Assembly (NCBI GenBank): GCA_964016885.1
Contig: OZ024742.1
Location: 129,332,001-129,396,000 of the forward strand
Direction: 5' to 3'
Source of the DNA: Eledone cirrhosa
Lineage: Eukaryota
Length of the DNA: 64,000 bases
Shown here: piece after piece, positions 13,051 to 25,191 of the stretch
Layout of the letters: each line of letters begins with the position of its first letter
How positions within the stretch are numbered: the first letter of the stretch is position 1
Notes under the pieces: model-generated
What the model saw: only the letters and a program-made list of their open reading frames with translations
The model's database searches: none
What the model was told of the DNA's origin: nothing
Position numbers and translations under genes: made by a program

Positions 13051-13597
13051 TCTCCTTAAGAAGTAGAGTGTTAATAATAATGGTTTCTGATTTAGGCACA
13101 AGGCCAGCAATTTTGGGGGAGGAGAAAGATGATTAAATCAAACCCAGTGCATTACTGGTGCTTTATTTTATTGACCTCAAAGGCAAAGTTAACCTTGGGG
13201 GGGGATTTGAACTAAGAAGGTAAAGGGCCGTAACTCTATGCCGCAACGCATGTTGTGTGACGCTCAACAGATAATGCCAATCCACCACCCTTAATAATGG
13301 TTTCTGATATAGGCACAAGGCCAGTAATTTGAAGGGAAGGGGAAAAGTTGATTAAATCAACCCTAGTGCATTAGTGGTACTCGACCCTGTAAGGATGAAA
13401 AGCAAAGCAAACCTTCGCAGGATTTGAACTCAAAGTATGAACGAGGTGTCAAATTAGCATCATTATGTTCCTTCACATGTGACACGCATTTCATGACCAA
13501 TCAGCTTAATGTATCATCAGCATCGACCATACCTGACTCTGGAATTAATAACTCATCAGACTCATAGTTTTCTTAATGACAGGAGATATCTACATAT

Positions 13598-13912
13598 ATC
13601 ATCATCATCATCATTTTACATCCGCTTTTCCCTGCTTCCAAGGGTGGGACGGGTCCTATTCAGCACAGCATCTCTCCACTTGTCACCGTCCTTCGTTATC
13701 TCCACCGCGAGTTTCAGCGATCTGAGGTCTGCTCTCACCACCGCCGCCCATGTTTTTCATGGTCTTCCTCTACTGTGTCTTCCTTCTACTGGGATTTCTT
13801 GGCACTTCTTTACCCAGCGGTCATCCTCCATGCGTATCACATGTCCATACCATCACGGTCTTCTCTCCCGCACACTACAACTTATCCCTCTTAAACACAG
13901 TTTCTCGCTCAA
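13598..13912 (-). mobile_element. RTE 3' fragment, same family as 8373-11039
   Basis: Reverse complement similar to 10715-11035. Confidence 0.85.
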
Positions 13913-14581
13913 CACACACATATATATATATATATGTGTGTGTGTGTCTGTGTACACAGACACACACACATATGCACTCACCAACATATGCCTCAATACA
14001 TACACCATACCAGCATAGAAAAATATGATAATGATGCCACCCACACCACAGAGACCTATATAATCATAAATACAAGATCATATGTATAATATATAACATA
14101 TTTATTATAGTTTAGATGAGTTAATAGCACAACCATATAAGGCGAGATAGGTAAAAGACAGTTCAGAGTTTAATCAAATCGGTAAATTTCTAATCACAGT
14201 AGTTTTACAATATCACAGAGCATATATAAAATGAAATAACAATTATTTACCAACAACATCTCTTCCGAGAACGTAAACAGATTTATTTATATTGTTTAAT
14301 AGATTCTGAAGAAATCAATACAGAAGAAATGTATTTTCTCACTGTATTGATAGAAACGTTTGTAAATCAATTAAATAATTTAATTGTTTTTACTTTTGTA
14401 CAAGGCCAGCAATTATCACAGTACATTACTGGTACTTTATTTTATCGACCTCGTAAGGATGAAAGGCAAAGTTAACCTCAGTGGGATTTGAACTCAGACT
14501 GAAAAGGGACGTAACCCTATGCTGCAAAGCATATAAATAATTTAATGTTACTTAATCCTGGTTATTTTTATACATTATATA

Positions 14582-14616
<35 letters not shown>

Positions 14617-14621
<5 letters not shown>

Positions 14622-14700
14622 GTCGTCAAGTATGAAATTTGTAGAAATTTGTTGTTTTTTTTCTACAAATTTCTACAAATTTCATACTTGACGACCCAAT
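14617..14700. mobile_element. Mariner-like mini-MITE (TIR-only palindrome) in a TA array
   Basis: attaggtcgtcaagtatgaaatttgtagaaatttgt ... acaaatttctacaaatttcatacttgacgacccaat; second copy near 30124-30204. Confidence 0.7.
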
Positions 14701-15107
14701 ATATATATACATATATATATAATAAAACTGTGTCCTATATGTAATTAATACATACAGGGATACACGTATAGTCCGTATGCCAGTGTGGTTCAATAGCAAG
14801 TTAATAAATTAACAAGCCAGAACATATAAAATCAAGGGAGTGTAAACAGAAATATCTTAAAAAATAATAAATAATTAAATTCCAAAAAATTCACTGTACA
14901 TACTATATGTGCCTTTACTGCGGTTTCAGATCCCAAATAAATAGACAATCCAAGTGGATTTCCATAGTAGCATTAGATTGACCTGTCCAACGTGCCTTCG
15001 CCTTTGCACGCGTTCCTAACTATAACTGATTCATTCTGGGGCAGTTTGGTATGGCGCCAGTTTGTAATTTGAACTCGGGGGAATTTTATATTCTCTGAGA
15101 GAGAAAA

Positions 15108-15188
15108 GCCTTCTGACGATGATCTCTTTCTCAATGGAAATCCACTTGCAATGTCTATTTATTTGGGATCTGAAACTGCGGTAAAGGC
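15108..15188 (+). ncRNA. Type I hammerhead ribozyme, sister subfamily of 11149
   Basis: gcctt-CTGACGA-tgatctc...gggatct-GAAA-ctgcgg-TA-aaggc; lies in one arm of the inverted repeat 14826-14966/15133-15278. Confidence 0.78.
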
Positions 15189-15370
15189 ACATATAGTAAG
15201 TACAGTGAATTTTTTAGAATTTAATTATTTATTATTATTTTTTAAGATATTTTCTGTGTTTACACTCCCTTGATTTTACATATATATATATGTATGTATA
15301 TATATATATAAATGAGAAAAACCACATTTCGTAAAAAAACCTCACTTTCTAATATATATATATATATATA

Positions 15371-15912
15371 TCATCATCATCATCAGGTTTAGCGTCCGTG
15401 TTCCACGCTTGCATGGGTTTGGACGGGGGTTTTCCCATTTGAGGCAAGAGTGGTTGTCTTGCTCGCATAGGACTGTCTGGCGGGTTTTCTACAGTTGGAT
15501 GCCCTTCCTAACACCAACCACATTTACAGTGTGGGGCTGGGAGGTTTTTACCGTGTTGCCTACACGGCCACATTACAGCGTGGACTGTCTGGCGTGTTTT
15601 CTACAGCTGGATGCCCTTCCTAACACCAACCACATTTACAGTGTGGGGCTGGGAGGTTTTTACCGTGTTGCCTACACGGCCACATTTACAGCGTGGACTG
15701 TGTGTTTTTTGTCGTGACACCTACACGATCTCATTTGTTTCGGCCTGGATGTTGTGGGACCAACATAACTGTACATTGAAAGGGGCGGTGTGGATGGGGT
15801 GGAGGTGGTGGGACGGGGGGGGGGGGGTTGATAGAGATGCCTACTGACTGTAGTAGGTTTTTACTTTGTATTTAGGTAAGGCGGGTCTTCTCTATTACTG
15901 AGTACCGCCAAT
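15371..15912 (-). mobile_element. RTE 3' UTR fragment with internal ~113-bp tandem duplication
   Basis: Near-identical reverse complement of 56858-57395. Confidence 0.85.
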
Positions 15913-15944
15913 AATTATAAAGTGAACAACACAATATATAACTA

Positions 15945-16012
15945 CTCCATTACCAAAGGTTTCAGGACCCTAGACAATATTAATATATGTCTAGATCGTT
16001 CATCAGACAGAG
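15945..16012 (-). ncRNA. Type I hammerhead ribozyme
   Basis: ctctgt-CTGATGA-acgat ctagaca tatattaatat tgtctag ggtcct-GAAA-cc ttt gg-TA-atggag; 6-bp stem I with two G-U pairs. Confidence 0.75.
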
Positions 16013-16365
16013 ATTTCGCCACTTGTTTTCATTTTAATTTTTTTTCCTTCATTTTAATTTGTTTTCCTTTTATTTAATGTCTTTCCACTACTCCCCCCTC
16101 ACACCCTCTCGGAACTCTTTTCCTTCCCTCCTTTCTGGTGATGAAGGGCTTATGCCCGAAACGTCGTCCCCCACCCGCCACTCTCAAGCGTGAACCTAAT
16201 ACCAACACTAATCATAACTGCACTCCTTGTTATTGTTTTTGTTTTTTACTTTGCCAATATGTATGGATAGTGATAAAAAACCGGGAGGTTTTATCCGTAG
16301 TAAGTAGAGCGTCCTCTAGTAAGGTTTGCTAATTTGTTGTGGAACTAACTTTCTCTCTGTCTCTC

Positions 16366-16415
<50 letters not shown>

Positions 16416-16450
16416 GGTGGGTGTGCATATTATATACATATAGTTATATG

Positions 16451-16481
<31 letters not shown>

Positions 16482-16531
16482 ATACATATAGCTATATGTA
16501 TATAATATGCACACCCACTCACACCCACACA

Positions 16532-16571
<40 letters not shown>

Positions 16572-17489
16572 AAGATAGATATGTAAATATTTTATTTGCT
16601 ACTAATATATATTAGAGTAAGTGTTTCATGAAAGATCTCTTGCAGAAGCATTTTAGGTTTTCATATAAATATCAATGCTGATACTCATATAAATATCATA
16701 TTATTGAACACCCACGCGCACTGTGGCGAACATTTAATGGATATGATATTAATAATATTTCACTACCCACTACCAAATAAAAATGTGTACAATCTCTTGG
16801 TGAGATATCTTTCTTATTTCTATAACTGTTTCTACTTTAGGCACAAGGCCATCAATTACCCAGTGTATTACTGCTACTTTATTTTATCGACCCCGTAAGG
16901 ATGAAAGGTAAAGTCAACCTCGGCGGGATTTGAACTCAGATCGTAAAGGGACATAACTATGCTGGAAAGCATGGCGTCCGACCCTCTACTGATACTGCCA
17001 ATCCACCGCCCTATAATGGTTTCTAATTTAGGCACAAGGTCAACAATTTTTGGGAAGAGGGTGAAAGTGAATTTTACTGGTCCCAGTAATTTTTCTTTTA
17101 AGATCCAGACTCATTCGCTTACTGAGTGGGGTTAGAACTCATCAAATCGGACCAAGGAAACAATGTTTCCATTGGTCTTTCCATTGCTGATACTATCTAC
17201 CAATTACGACTCCTGGCAGAAAGAGCAACATTAAATAAAGTGTCTTCCTCAAGGATATAACGCATCACCTGGTCCATGAATTGAACTCGCAACTTGATGA
17301 TTGCAAATCAATTTTCTCAACTCTGAAAGGAAGAAAGGTAAAGTTCATCATGTAGGGATTTGAAACCAGAGAGTTGTAACCAGAACATTTCAACAAAATA
17401 CTGCATTTCATTTGATCATTTGATCAGCGCTAATGAATCTGCCAATCTACCTTATTTCTATAATGACAATGTATTTCCATGAATTAACT

Positions 17490-18165
17490 AAGTGAGAAAT
17501 TAGGAATAAGAGGGATCAGATGCTGTTTACCCGAGAGAAGACTACGTGTGTATGGTCACGTGATGTGCATGAAAGATGACATTTGTATAAAAAAGTGCAG
17601 GGCGATCAAAATTGATGGAAGTTACGAAGTAGGTGGACCCAGAAAAACCTGGGACGATTTGATAAATTCCGACCTTACACACTTACACCTCTCTAAGACA
17701 ATGTCACTGGACCAAGATGTTTGGCGCTACGCAGTAATACAGAAGACCCACCTTGCCTGTGTACATATTGAAACCTACAGTCAGTAGGCACCTCTTAACC
17801 AAATATACACCCCAATACACTATCCCTACTCCATCCCCCCACTCCCACCAACACCACCCTCTCTCTGTAAAGTTATGTTGGTACCACAACATCCAGTCCA
17901 AAATAAATGAGGTCGTGTAGGTGTCATGACAAAAAGAACACAGTCCACACTGTAATGTGGCCGTGTAGGTAACATGGTAAAAACCGCCCAGTCTACACTG
18001 TAAATGTGGTTGGTGTTAGGAAGGGCATCCAGCCATACAGAACCTGCCAGACAGTCCTATACGAGCGAGACACGGTCTCCCGACCAATCTTGCCTCAAGT
18101 GGGACAATTCCCGTCTAAACCCATGCTAGCGTGGAAGATAGACGTTAAACGATGATGATGATGAA
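17490..18165 (+). mobile_element. RTE 3' fragment, family of 47672-50530
   Basis: YGHVM...GGPRKTWDDLINSDL...AVIQKT plus 3' UTR and (GAT)n tail. Confidence 0.85.
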
Positions 18166-18214
18166 TACATATATATTAAAATGTTACCAGTCATATGACA
18201 GGTAATTTTGGGAG

Positions 18215-19245
18215 TATACACCAAAAGGTCTGAGAGTAAACTGACCTAAAACTAAAGTGCTAGTGAGTAGGAAAGAAGATAGGATTCTGATACTTTCAGG
18301 GAAGTGGCCCTGTGCAATATGTAGAAAAGGAGTGGGCATAAACTCCATATGATGTACACAATAACAGTCTTGGATATACAAGAGATGTAGAGGCATATCA
18401 TGTAGACTAACAGGAAGGAAAGATTTTGTATGTAGAAGATGCACAGGCGTAATTGAGGGGAAGCGTGTCAATGATATAAACTTTTCTAATCACAGGAAGG
18501 ATCTATAGAAGTGGTTGATAGCTTCTGCTATCTAGGTGACTTAATTAGAAGCGGAGGAGGGTGCTCTGAGAGCATAATAGCTAGAATAAGGATAGGATGG
18601 AAAAAGTTCAAGAGCTACTCCCACTGTTGACAACAAAAGGTTTCTCCCCACATACAAAAGAATGACTGTATGATGCCTGTGTGAAAAGTGTGATGCTACA
18701 TAGTAGTGAAACATGGGCTGTGACAGCAGAGGACATGTGTAGACTGGAGAGAAATGAAGCAACCATGCTCTGTTGGATGTGCAATATAAATGTGAGAGAA
18801 AGGCAGAGCTTGGGTGAACTGAGGGAGAAACTGGGTTTAACCCTTTAGCATTTAAACCAGCTGTATCTATCCAGAATTCTCTCACCTCTTTCTGTTCAAT
18901 CCAGCTGTATCTGGCCACTCATACTGATGTTAAGGTATTGTACTCAAAATAAATAATATCAATCCCATAGATTCGATATTTTGTGAGATATTATGTGAAA
19001 TAAAGCCTTTACCATGAACATACGATAGAATGTATAGAGTAATGTAAATGCAAAAGGGTTAAGAGGAATCTGATGTGGTGTGCAAGAGAGAAGACTAAAT
19101 TGGTTTGGACATGTGATGTGCATGGATGATGATTGCTGGGTGAAGAAGTGCCAAGAAATCCCAGTAGAAGGAAGCTACAGTAAAGGTAGACCAAGGAAGA
19201 ACAGGGCAGAGGAGGTGAGAGCTGATCTCAAATCGCTGAAACTCT
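18215..19245 (+). mobile_element. Degenerate RTE fragment (PHD to C-terminus) interrupted by a MITE
   Basis: gggaagtggccctgtgcaatatgtagaaaagg (GKWPCAICRK) and ETWAV motifs. Confidence 0.75.
18841..19058. mobile_element. piggyBac-type MITE inserted in an RTE with TTAA duplication
   Basis: RTE sequence ctgggtttaa|...|gaggaatc split by CCCTTT...AAAGGG flanked by TTAA. Confidence 0.88.
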
Positions 19246-19329
19246 AAAATCTACCATGCGCCCTGGAGGCCAAAGGTTGTTTATTATTTTTTTTCAAATT
19301 TTTGGTTGTCAAAATTAGGGTGCGTCCTC

Positions 19330-19620
19330 GGCGGTTGTACCCCTGGCAGTGGAGACTTCTGGTTTCCTTGGCCCTAGGGCTACCTCCCTACTCACCACCA
19401 TAGGCGCTGAGCTGGCCAGCCACAGGTGTGAGCCCCAAGAGTTGGAGTGGCTTTTCAAGCGTGTCTCCCTTGCTGTCCTCTGGGGAAACGCCTTCTCCAT
19501 TCTGACCGTCGGGGCTGTGTGGGGGCCCCATCGCGAATCATTCCATATTTAGTTGTGGTCGTCGTGTGTTTGTATATATCGCTTTTGTTTTCATTCAGCA
19601 TTATGTCATTCTTCATTGCT
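19330..19620 (+). mobile_element. CRE-like (restriction-endonuclease LINE) 3' fragment
   Basis: PLAVETSGFLGPRA...WLFKRVSLAVLWGNAFSIL matches the P.AVET.G..G...QRLS.A.QRGNA C-terminal pattern. Confidence 0.7.
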
Positions 19621-20477
19621 ATATATATATATATATATATATATACATACACACATATATATATATACACACACATACACATAAGCCAATGATGTTTTTT
19701 TAGCTTCTTATGACATCATAATGGCCATGTGAGTAAAAATATGCAAAGTAACAGTTAAGAGAATGTCATTTTATAGCAGTTCAGAGAAAGCAACACTTCT
19801 TTACAGCTTATTGAAAATAATTCTTTACAGCTCAGAGTAAAATATTTTATAACACCTCAGAGTCCGATATTTTATAACAGCTCAGTGAAAGTTACTTTCA
19901 TTTCTCATTTATCAATGAATAACGAAATTGAACAAATTAAAATTGAAGAAATTGAAATTGACAGACATGGATTTGAAGACATCCTCTTTGCTTTAGCCAG
20001 AGCAAGTCAGTTGACGATGCCAAGGGCTGGGTGGCCAGCTATGACTGTTCTGAAACGTTTCCGAAGGGCTCTGATTGAAAAGAGAAAGAAGCTTCATCGC
20101 TTCCTTTCTCATTTCACATCAAGGTCTACTATTGTTAAAACTCTAAACAAGTATAAGTTCCAGTGAAACACCAATGTGTAACTGAAGTAATGTCATATCT
20201 ACAGCTTTATGTTGCAAAGGTTTGTGCCGACTTTTAGCCATTTCTTGAGTCAAGACAAGAATTGGTGAAGCTATATTAATTCTAAAATAAATAAAAACAA
20301 TCAATATTAAAGTGAAAGGCACTAAATTTCACATCAAATTCCAGAGTGAGAGAAATCTTAGACATCATCAATATATGACACTTGTACATTATTCTATGTA
20401 CTATACATGCACCTTTGACGGGTTGTAGTGCACCTGAGCACTATACACAATTATTTCATTATTTTATCATTTATATA

Positions 20478-21782
20478 CAGAGTGCGGACGATATTTGTTC
20501 GCAAGATTGCTGTCTAGGAAAAACTAACACAGTAGTTTTATTTTTTAAGATATATTTATCAAACTACGGTCAGTTTGTCTTCATGACTTGTTCTTTCGAT
20601 CTCACTCGATAAACCCACCATTGGCTTTGATGACGGCCTCAAGGCAGCCTCGGAACCGGCTACAGGCCTTCGTCACTGTCCCTCGACTTAGGCCCCAAAA
20701 GGCACTTGTGATCCTGGCCTTCAGATCATCTTTCGTATTGCAGCTAGATCTGTTGGGGTCTCGTTCCACTGCGCCCCACACAAAGAAGTCGAGGGGGTTG
20801 CAGTCAGGCGAGCTGGGAGGCCAGATGTCAGGTGAAGTGTGGTCGATGAAGTTCCCTGACAGCCAGGCTTGGGTTTTTCGGCTGGTATGGCAGGGCTCTG
20901 AGTCTTGCTGCCACACGTACGGCCTACCTGCAGCTACCTGGTCAATCCAGGGCTTTACTACCTTGCTCCGAACACAGATGTAGCCATCAGTGTTCAGCTT
21001 GAGGCCCTCAGGGAAGAAGTGAGGTGGCATGACATCACCTTAACTGCTGACGACACCTAAGACCAATGTTGTCGCTGGAAACTTTGTCTGCATGACTCTG
21101 GGCACGTCTTTGGATGAGAGAGCGAGCCACCTGTTGTTCTGGGAGTTGATCTTCTGGTCTTGGCAGAAGTTTTTCTCGTCGGAGAAAAACCACAGCATGT
21201 CTGGCTCCAGTGGGTATTTCAACTTGTTGATCAGCTTCTTTGCGTGCTTCAGTCGCTTTTCTTGCATCGCCTTTGACAGAAATTGTCCTTTCCTCATCTT
21301 GTATGAAACGTAGCGAATGTCTTCATGTACCACCAGCCTAATGAGCTTTTCATCCATGCCTTTCACCCTTGCAATGGCACGCATTGACTTGCTAGGTTCA
21401 TTGTTGATGATATCCTGAACTTCAGCGACAAACTCGGGCGTACTGAAGGCGTCAGATTGTCGATCATGTGTTTTCCTCTCTGATGTTGCTTCGTAGTCGA
21501 ATTCTGAATCTTCCAATTCCTTTCTGACCTTTTCCACCATTCTCCTGCTGACACTGAGAAAGTCTGAAATTTCCTTATTTGTCCTCCCGGCGCAGATTCC
21601 AAGAAGAACTCCGTGTCTCTTCCACAAATTTGGAGGTTCAAAATTATTCATAATCAATTATTCTAAAAATAAATAATGGAAATATAGTCGGTTTTTATGA
21701 AGACAAGAGTGACAATGGAAGTAAAAAAAATTTGCATAAAATTAGCAGTTGAAAATTGCGAACAAATATTGTCCCCACCCTG
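20478..21782 (-). mobile_element. Full-length Tc1/mariner-superfamily transposon, DD37D (maT)
   Basis: TA TSD; ~27-bp TIRs cagagtgcggacgatatttgttcgcaa / cagggtggggacaatatttgttcgcaa; 1305 bp. Confidence 0.93.
20602..21654 (-). pseudogene. DD37D transposase with one in-frame stop at 21040-21042
   Basis: FSDEK, WQQD, SPDCNPLD with 37 residues between second and third D; the two ORF pieces are in the same frame. Confidence 0.9.
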
Positions 21783-21921
21783 TATTTGAGGTATTTACAA
21801 ATATTTGTTATTTCAAGTTACAGAACAATCATATAAGCATAACAGGAAACTTTTAATCCAACAATATGAATACCAAAACCAAATACATCTATAAGATCAA
21901 ATGAAAGACATGTAAAAGGGG

Positions 21922-22772
21922 GCACAATGCAACAATGGATCACAGACTGGCAACTCAAGCTAGCTGTGGACAAGTGCGCCACCATGCATTTTGGGAGTAA
22001 AAACCCAGCATCCACGTACTCTCTCCACAACACTAATATCAAGAAGTCTTCTTGTGAACAGGACCTGGGCATTAAGGTCAGCAGCGATTTGCGTTGGACG
22101 AAGCACGTCTCTAAAATTGTCAAGAAGGCCGAGGGTGTCTTAGCATCCCTCAGCAAGACCTTTATCAGCCGCTCTCCAGCTATCTATTTAAAGCCACACT
22201 TAGAATTTGCATCACCAGTCTGCAACCCCTATCTTGCTCAGAACATTGACCTCCTGGAAACTGTTCAGAGATGTGCAACCAAGCGAATACCCTCCATCAG
22301 GCATCTACCATACTCTGAATGCCTTGCTTCCCTGGACATGGATACATTGAAGCTCCGACGTCTGGCAACTGACTTGGTAAACACCCACAAAATTATTAAC
22401 CATCTTGTCAACAACAACTCTGAGCACCTTTTAGATTTCCATGTGTCTAATACACGTGGGCATGCCTACAAAGTCAGAAAACAGCACAGCTCCCATGACT
22501 TTTGGAAACATTTTTTCACGCTGAGAGTTGCTGAAGCATGATACAAACTACCTGCATCAGTTATTAGCTGTCGAGACACTGCATCCTTTAAAACCTCCAT
22601 GCTTCCTGAGATTCGCCAACACTACACCTAATATTCCCCCATACACATACACACACATGTATATCATGACTTGACTCATACACTATTCACTTCCCTGACA
22701 TTTGTATATTATTCTATGTACTATACATACACTTTTGACGAGTTGTAGTGCAATAATTTCATTCATTATTAT
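21922..22772 (+). mobile_element. CR1/L2-like LINE 3' fragment
   Basis: WQLKLAVDKC, DLGI, PHLEFASPV, TRGH, FFTLRV; near-identical to 25545-26415. Confidence 0.88.
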
Positions 22773-22939
22773 TAACTTGCCTGGCCTTGGGACCATAACT
22801 CCTGATGAAGTCATATGAGTGTTGTTCTAACATATGATGCAACTTAAGCACTTCATACCCTGGCAGGAGTCAACCTTCTCCAGGTCTGACTACAGCCAAT
22901 ATAGAGATATCAATAAAGAACAACTCTATACTAGATTAA

Positions 22940-23152
22940 CCCTTTAGCATTTAAACCGGCCGTATCCAGCCAGAATTCTCTCACCTCTTTCTGTTCAAAC
23001 TGGCTGTAACTGGCCACTCATACAGATATTAAGTTACTGTTCTCAAAATAAATATCAAAATCTCATAGATTCGATATGAGATAATTATGTAAGATAAAAC
23101 CTTTACTGTGAAAATATAATAGTAAATATAGAGTAATGTAAATGTTAAAGGG
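22940..23152. mobile_element. piggyBac-type MITE
   Basis: TTAA-CCCTTT...AAAGGG-TTAA. Confidence 0.85.
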
Positions 23153-23469
23153 TTAATACTTTTATTTGTTAACTCTAAAAGGATGGAAGACGTAGTTGAC
23201 TTTCCCAGAATTTGAGTTTCAAGAATGGGAAGGAATACCACAATGAATTCTAATACTCAACACAAAAAATTCTGTTCAACACTTAACAACACTACCAATG
23301 TATGTCAGAGATTAACTCATCACAATATAATAATTTTAACTAATTTGTCATCAATAAACATTTGATTTAAATTTAAAATGGCTTTTGTTTTTTATGAATC
23401 TTTCATAATTATATATATACATCTACACCCTATGGACTGAATCCTCCAGCTCTCCTCTGAATCCTCCAG

Positions 23470-23960
23470 CTCTCTAATCTGTTCTTCTGCACACTGCATG
23501 TGATCCCTCCCATGCCCATCCTTTCTCACAATTCACCGACGCTTTGCCACTTATGCATATTACAATCACACATCCAACAAAGCATGCCAGCTCCACCTAC
23601 CTCCAATATTTGCAGGTCCCCTCCACACAGAGCCCAGGTCACACCATCATGCAACACTGCTGCTTGCACACACACATCACACAATCTGCCCTTCATTTTG
23701 AGGGGAAAACCTTTTGCAGCCAGCAGCAGCTGTAGCTCCCTGAACCCCCTCCATCTTGTCCTCACTCTGGCTACTGTACCTTCAGAACACCCACCTCCAC
23801 CTTGGTCACCCAAGCAATAGAAGCTGTCAAGCACTTCCTTTGAACCTTCCAAGAATTTGACAATTGTTTCCTGTGTGCATTTGCTATTTACTGCTCCCAC
23901 GCAACGGCTACCTGCAAAACCTATGCTCTCAGCCAACCTACCTTGGATCCCACCATCACC
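23470..23960 (-). mobile_element. Old RTE fragment
   Basis: LDSFYCLGD...ARVRTRWRGFREL...GRLCDVCV. Confidence 0.75.
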
Positions 23961-24119
23961 AAATATTACTGGCTGCTAACAAATATTCATAATAAACAAG
24001 GTCACGATGCAAACACCCAGCTCTGGGTAACCATGTTGATCCTCTCCTTCTTTTCAGACACAAAAAGCCAACACCAAGCCATCATCCACCACCAGGCATA
24101 GTGTACCCCCTCTCCAAGA

Positions 24120-24890
24120 CTTTAGAGCCACAACCACCAGTGTAGGGATGCTGAAAGGTAGGCCAGGTGAGATTGTGGAGATGCTTGAGTGAAAGATAGT
24201 TGATGTATACTGTATACAAGAGACCAAGTGGAGAAGAGAATCTTTCAGACTCCTAGTAGGCAGAAAACAATGTTTTAAATTCTTCTGGAAAAGTAATGAC
24301 AGCAGGCTAGGCGGAGTAGGTATTATGCTAGCAGGAAAATGGTTGAACAAGGTAATCACAGTGAATAGAATAAATGACAGGATCATCTCACTTAGGCTCA
24401 TCCTAAACAGAACAATGGTATCAATCATGTCTGTCTATGCACTCCAATATGCATCTGGTCTGTAGACAAACAAAAATACTTATTCTATGAATCCCTAATA
24501 AATGCTACCTTCCAAACCAGTAACACTGACTTCACCATTATTGTAGGCGACTTCAATCGACATGGAGGTTTCGGGTTTGGCACAAGAAATGAGGAAAGAC
24601 TGAGACTCCTGGGATTCTGTGACGCCAACAAACTCACTATCTGCAATACAAACTTCAAGAAACTAGCAAACCAACTAATCACATATAGTTCAGGTGAGGA
24701 CAACAGTCAAATTGACTATATCCTCACCAGAAGACAAGATAGAGTGACAGTCATAAACACAAAAAGCATCTCGGATGAGGAATGCACCTCCCAACATAAC
24801 CTAGTAGTTAGCATCTTTAGAGTCAGAACCAGTCAGACCCGGAGTCATGGGGCAACCAGGAGAAGGATATGGAGGCTGAAGGAGCCCTCA
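24120..24890 (+). mobile_element. Old RTE endonuclease fragment
   Basis: VYCIQETKW, SVYALQ, GDFN and SQIDYILTR motifs across frames. Confidence 0.75.
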
Positions 24891-25191
24891 GTGTGTGAGT
24901 GTGTTTGCATGTGCATTCATGTATGTCTGCATGTGTATGTATGTGTGTGCCTGTCTGCGTGTGTGTGTGTGTGTTTGTTTATATTTGCATTGAGTTGGTG
25001 ATGATTGTGATGATGATTACATGGATGAGGCAAAGATGATGATGATGATGATGATGATGATGAGGAGGACAATGGTGATGACAATGATGATGTTAAAGAA
25101 GATGATACTGATGGCGACATGGATGGGCATAGTGATGAGGATGTGAAGTAACTGGTTTATGAAAATGATGATGTGGCACAGAGTTAAAAGC

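Larger units (their letters stand above)
14283..15352. repeat. Composite ~1.1-kb segment duplicated in inverted orientation at 29277-30510
   Basis: Flank sequence, SINE B piece, mariner-like palindrome and HHR element occur in the same order, reverse-complemented. Confidence 0.9.

Noticed and set aside
13475-13525. Minus-strand CTGATGA...GAAA-tgcgtg-TC hammerhead candidate
   Set aside because: Stems I and II pair poorly; at best a decayed relic
19885-20166. 93-aa plus-strand ORF
   Set aside because: Non-ATG start, no recognisable domain, no splice support
22798-22872. CTGATGA followed by a catatg hairpin
   Set aside because: No GAAA or cleavage triplet in the required position
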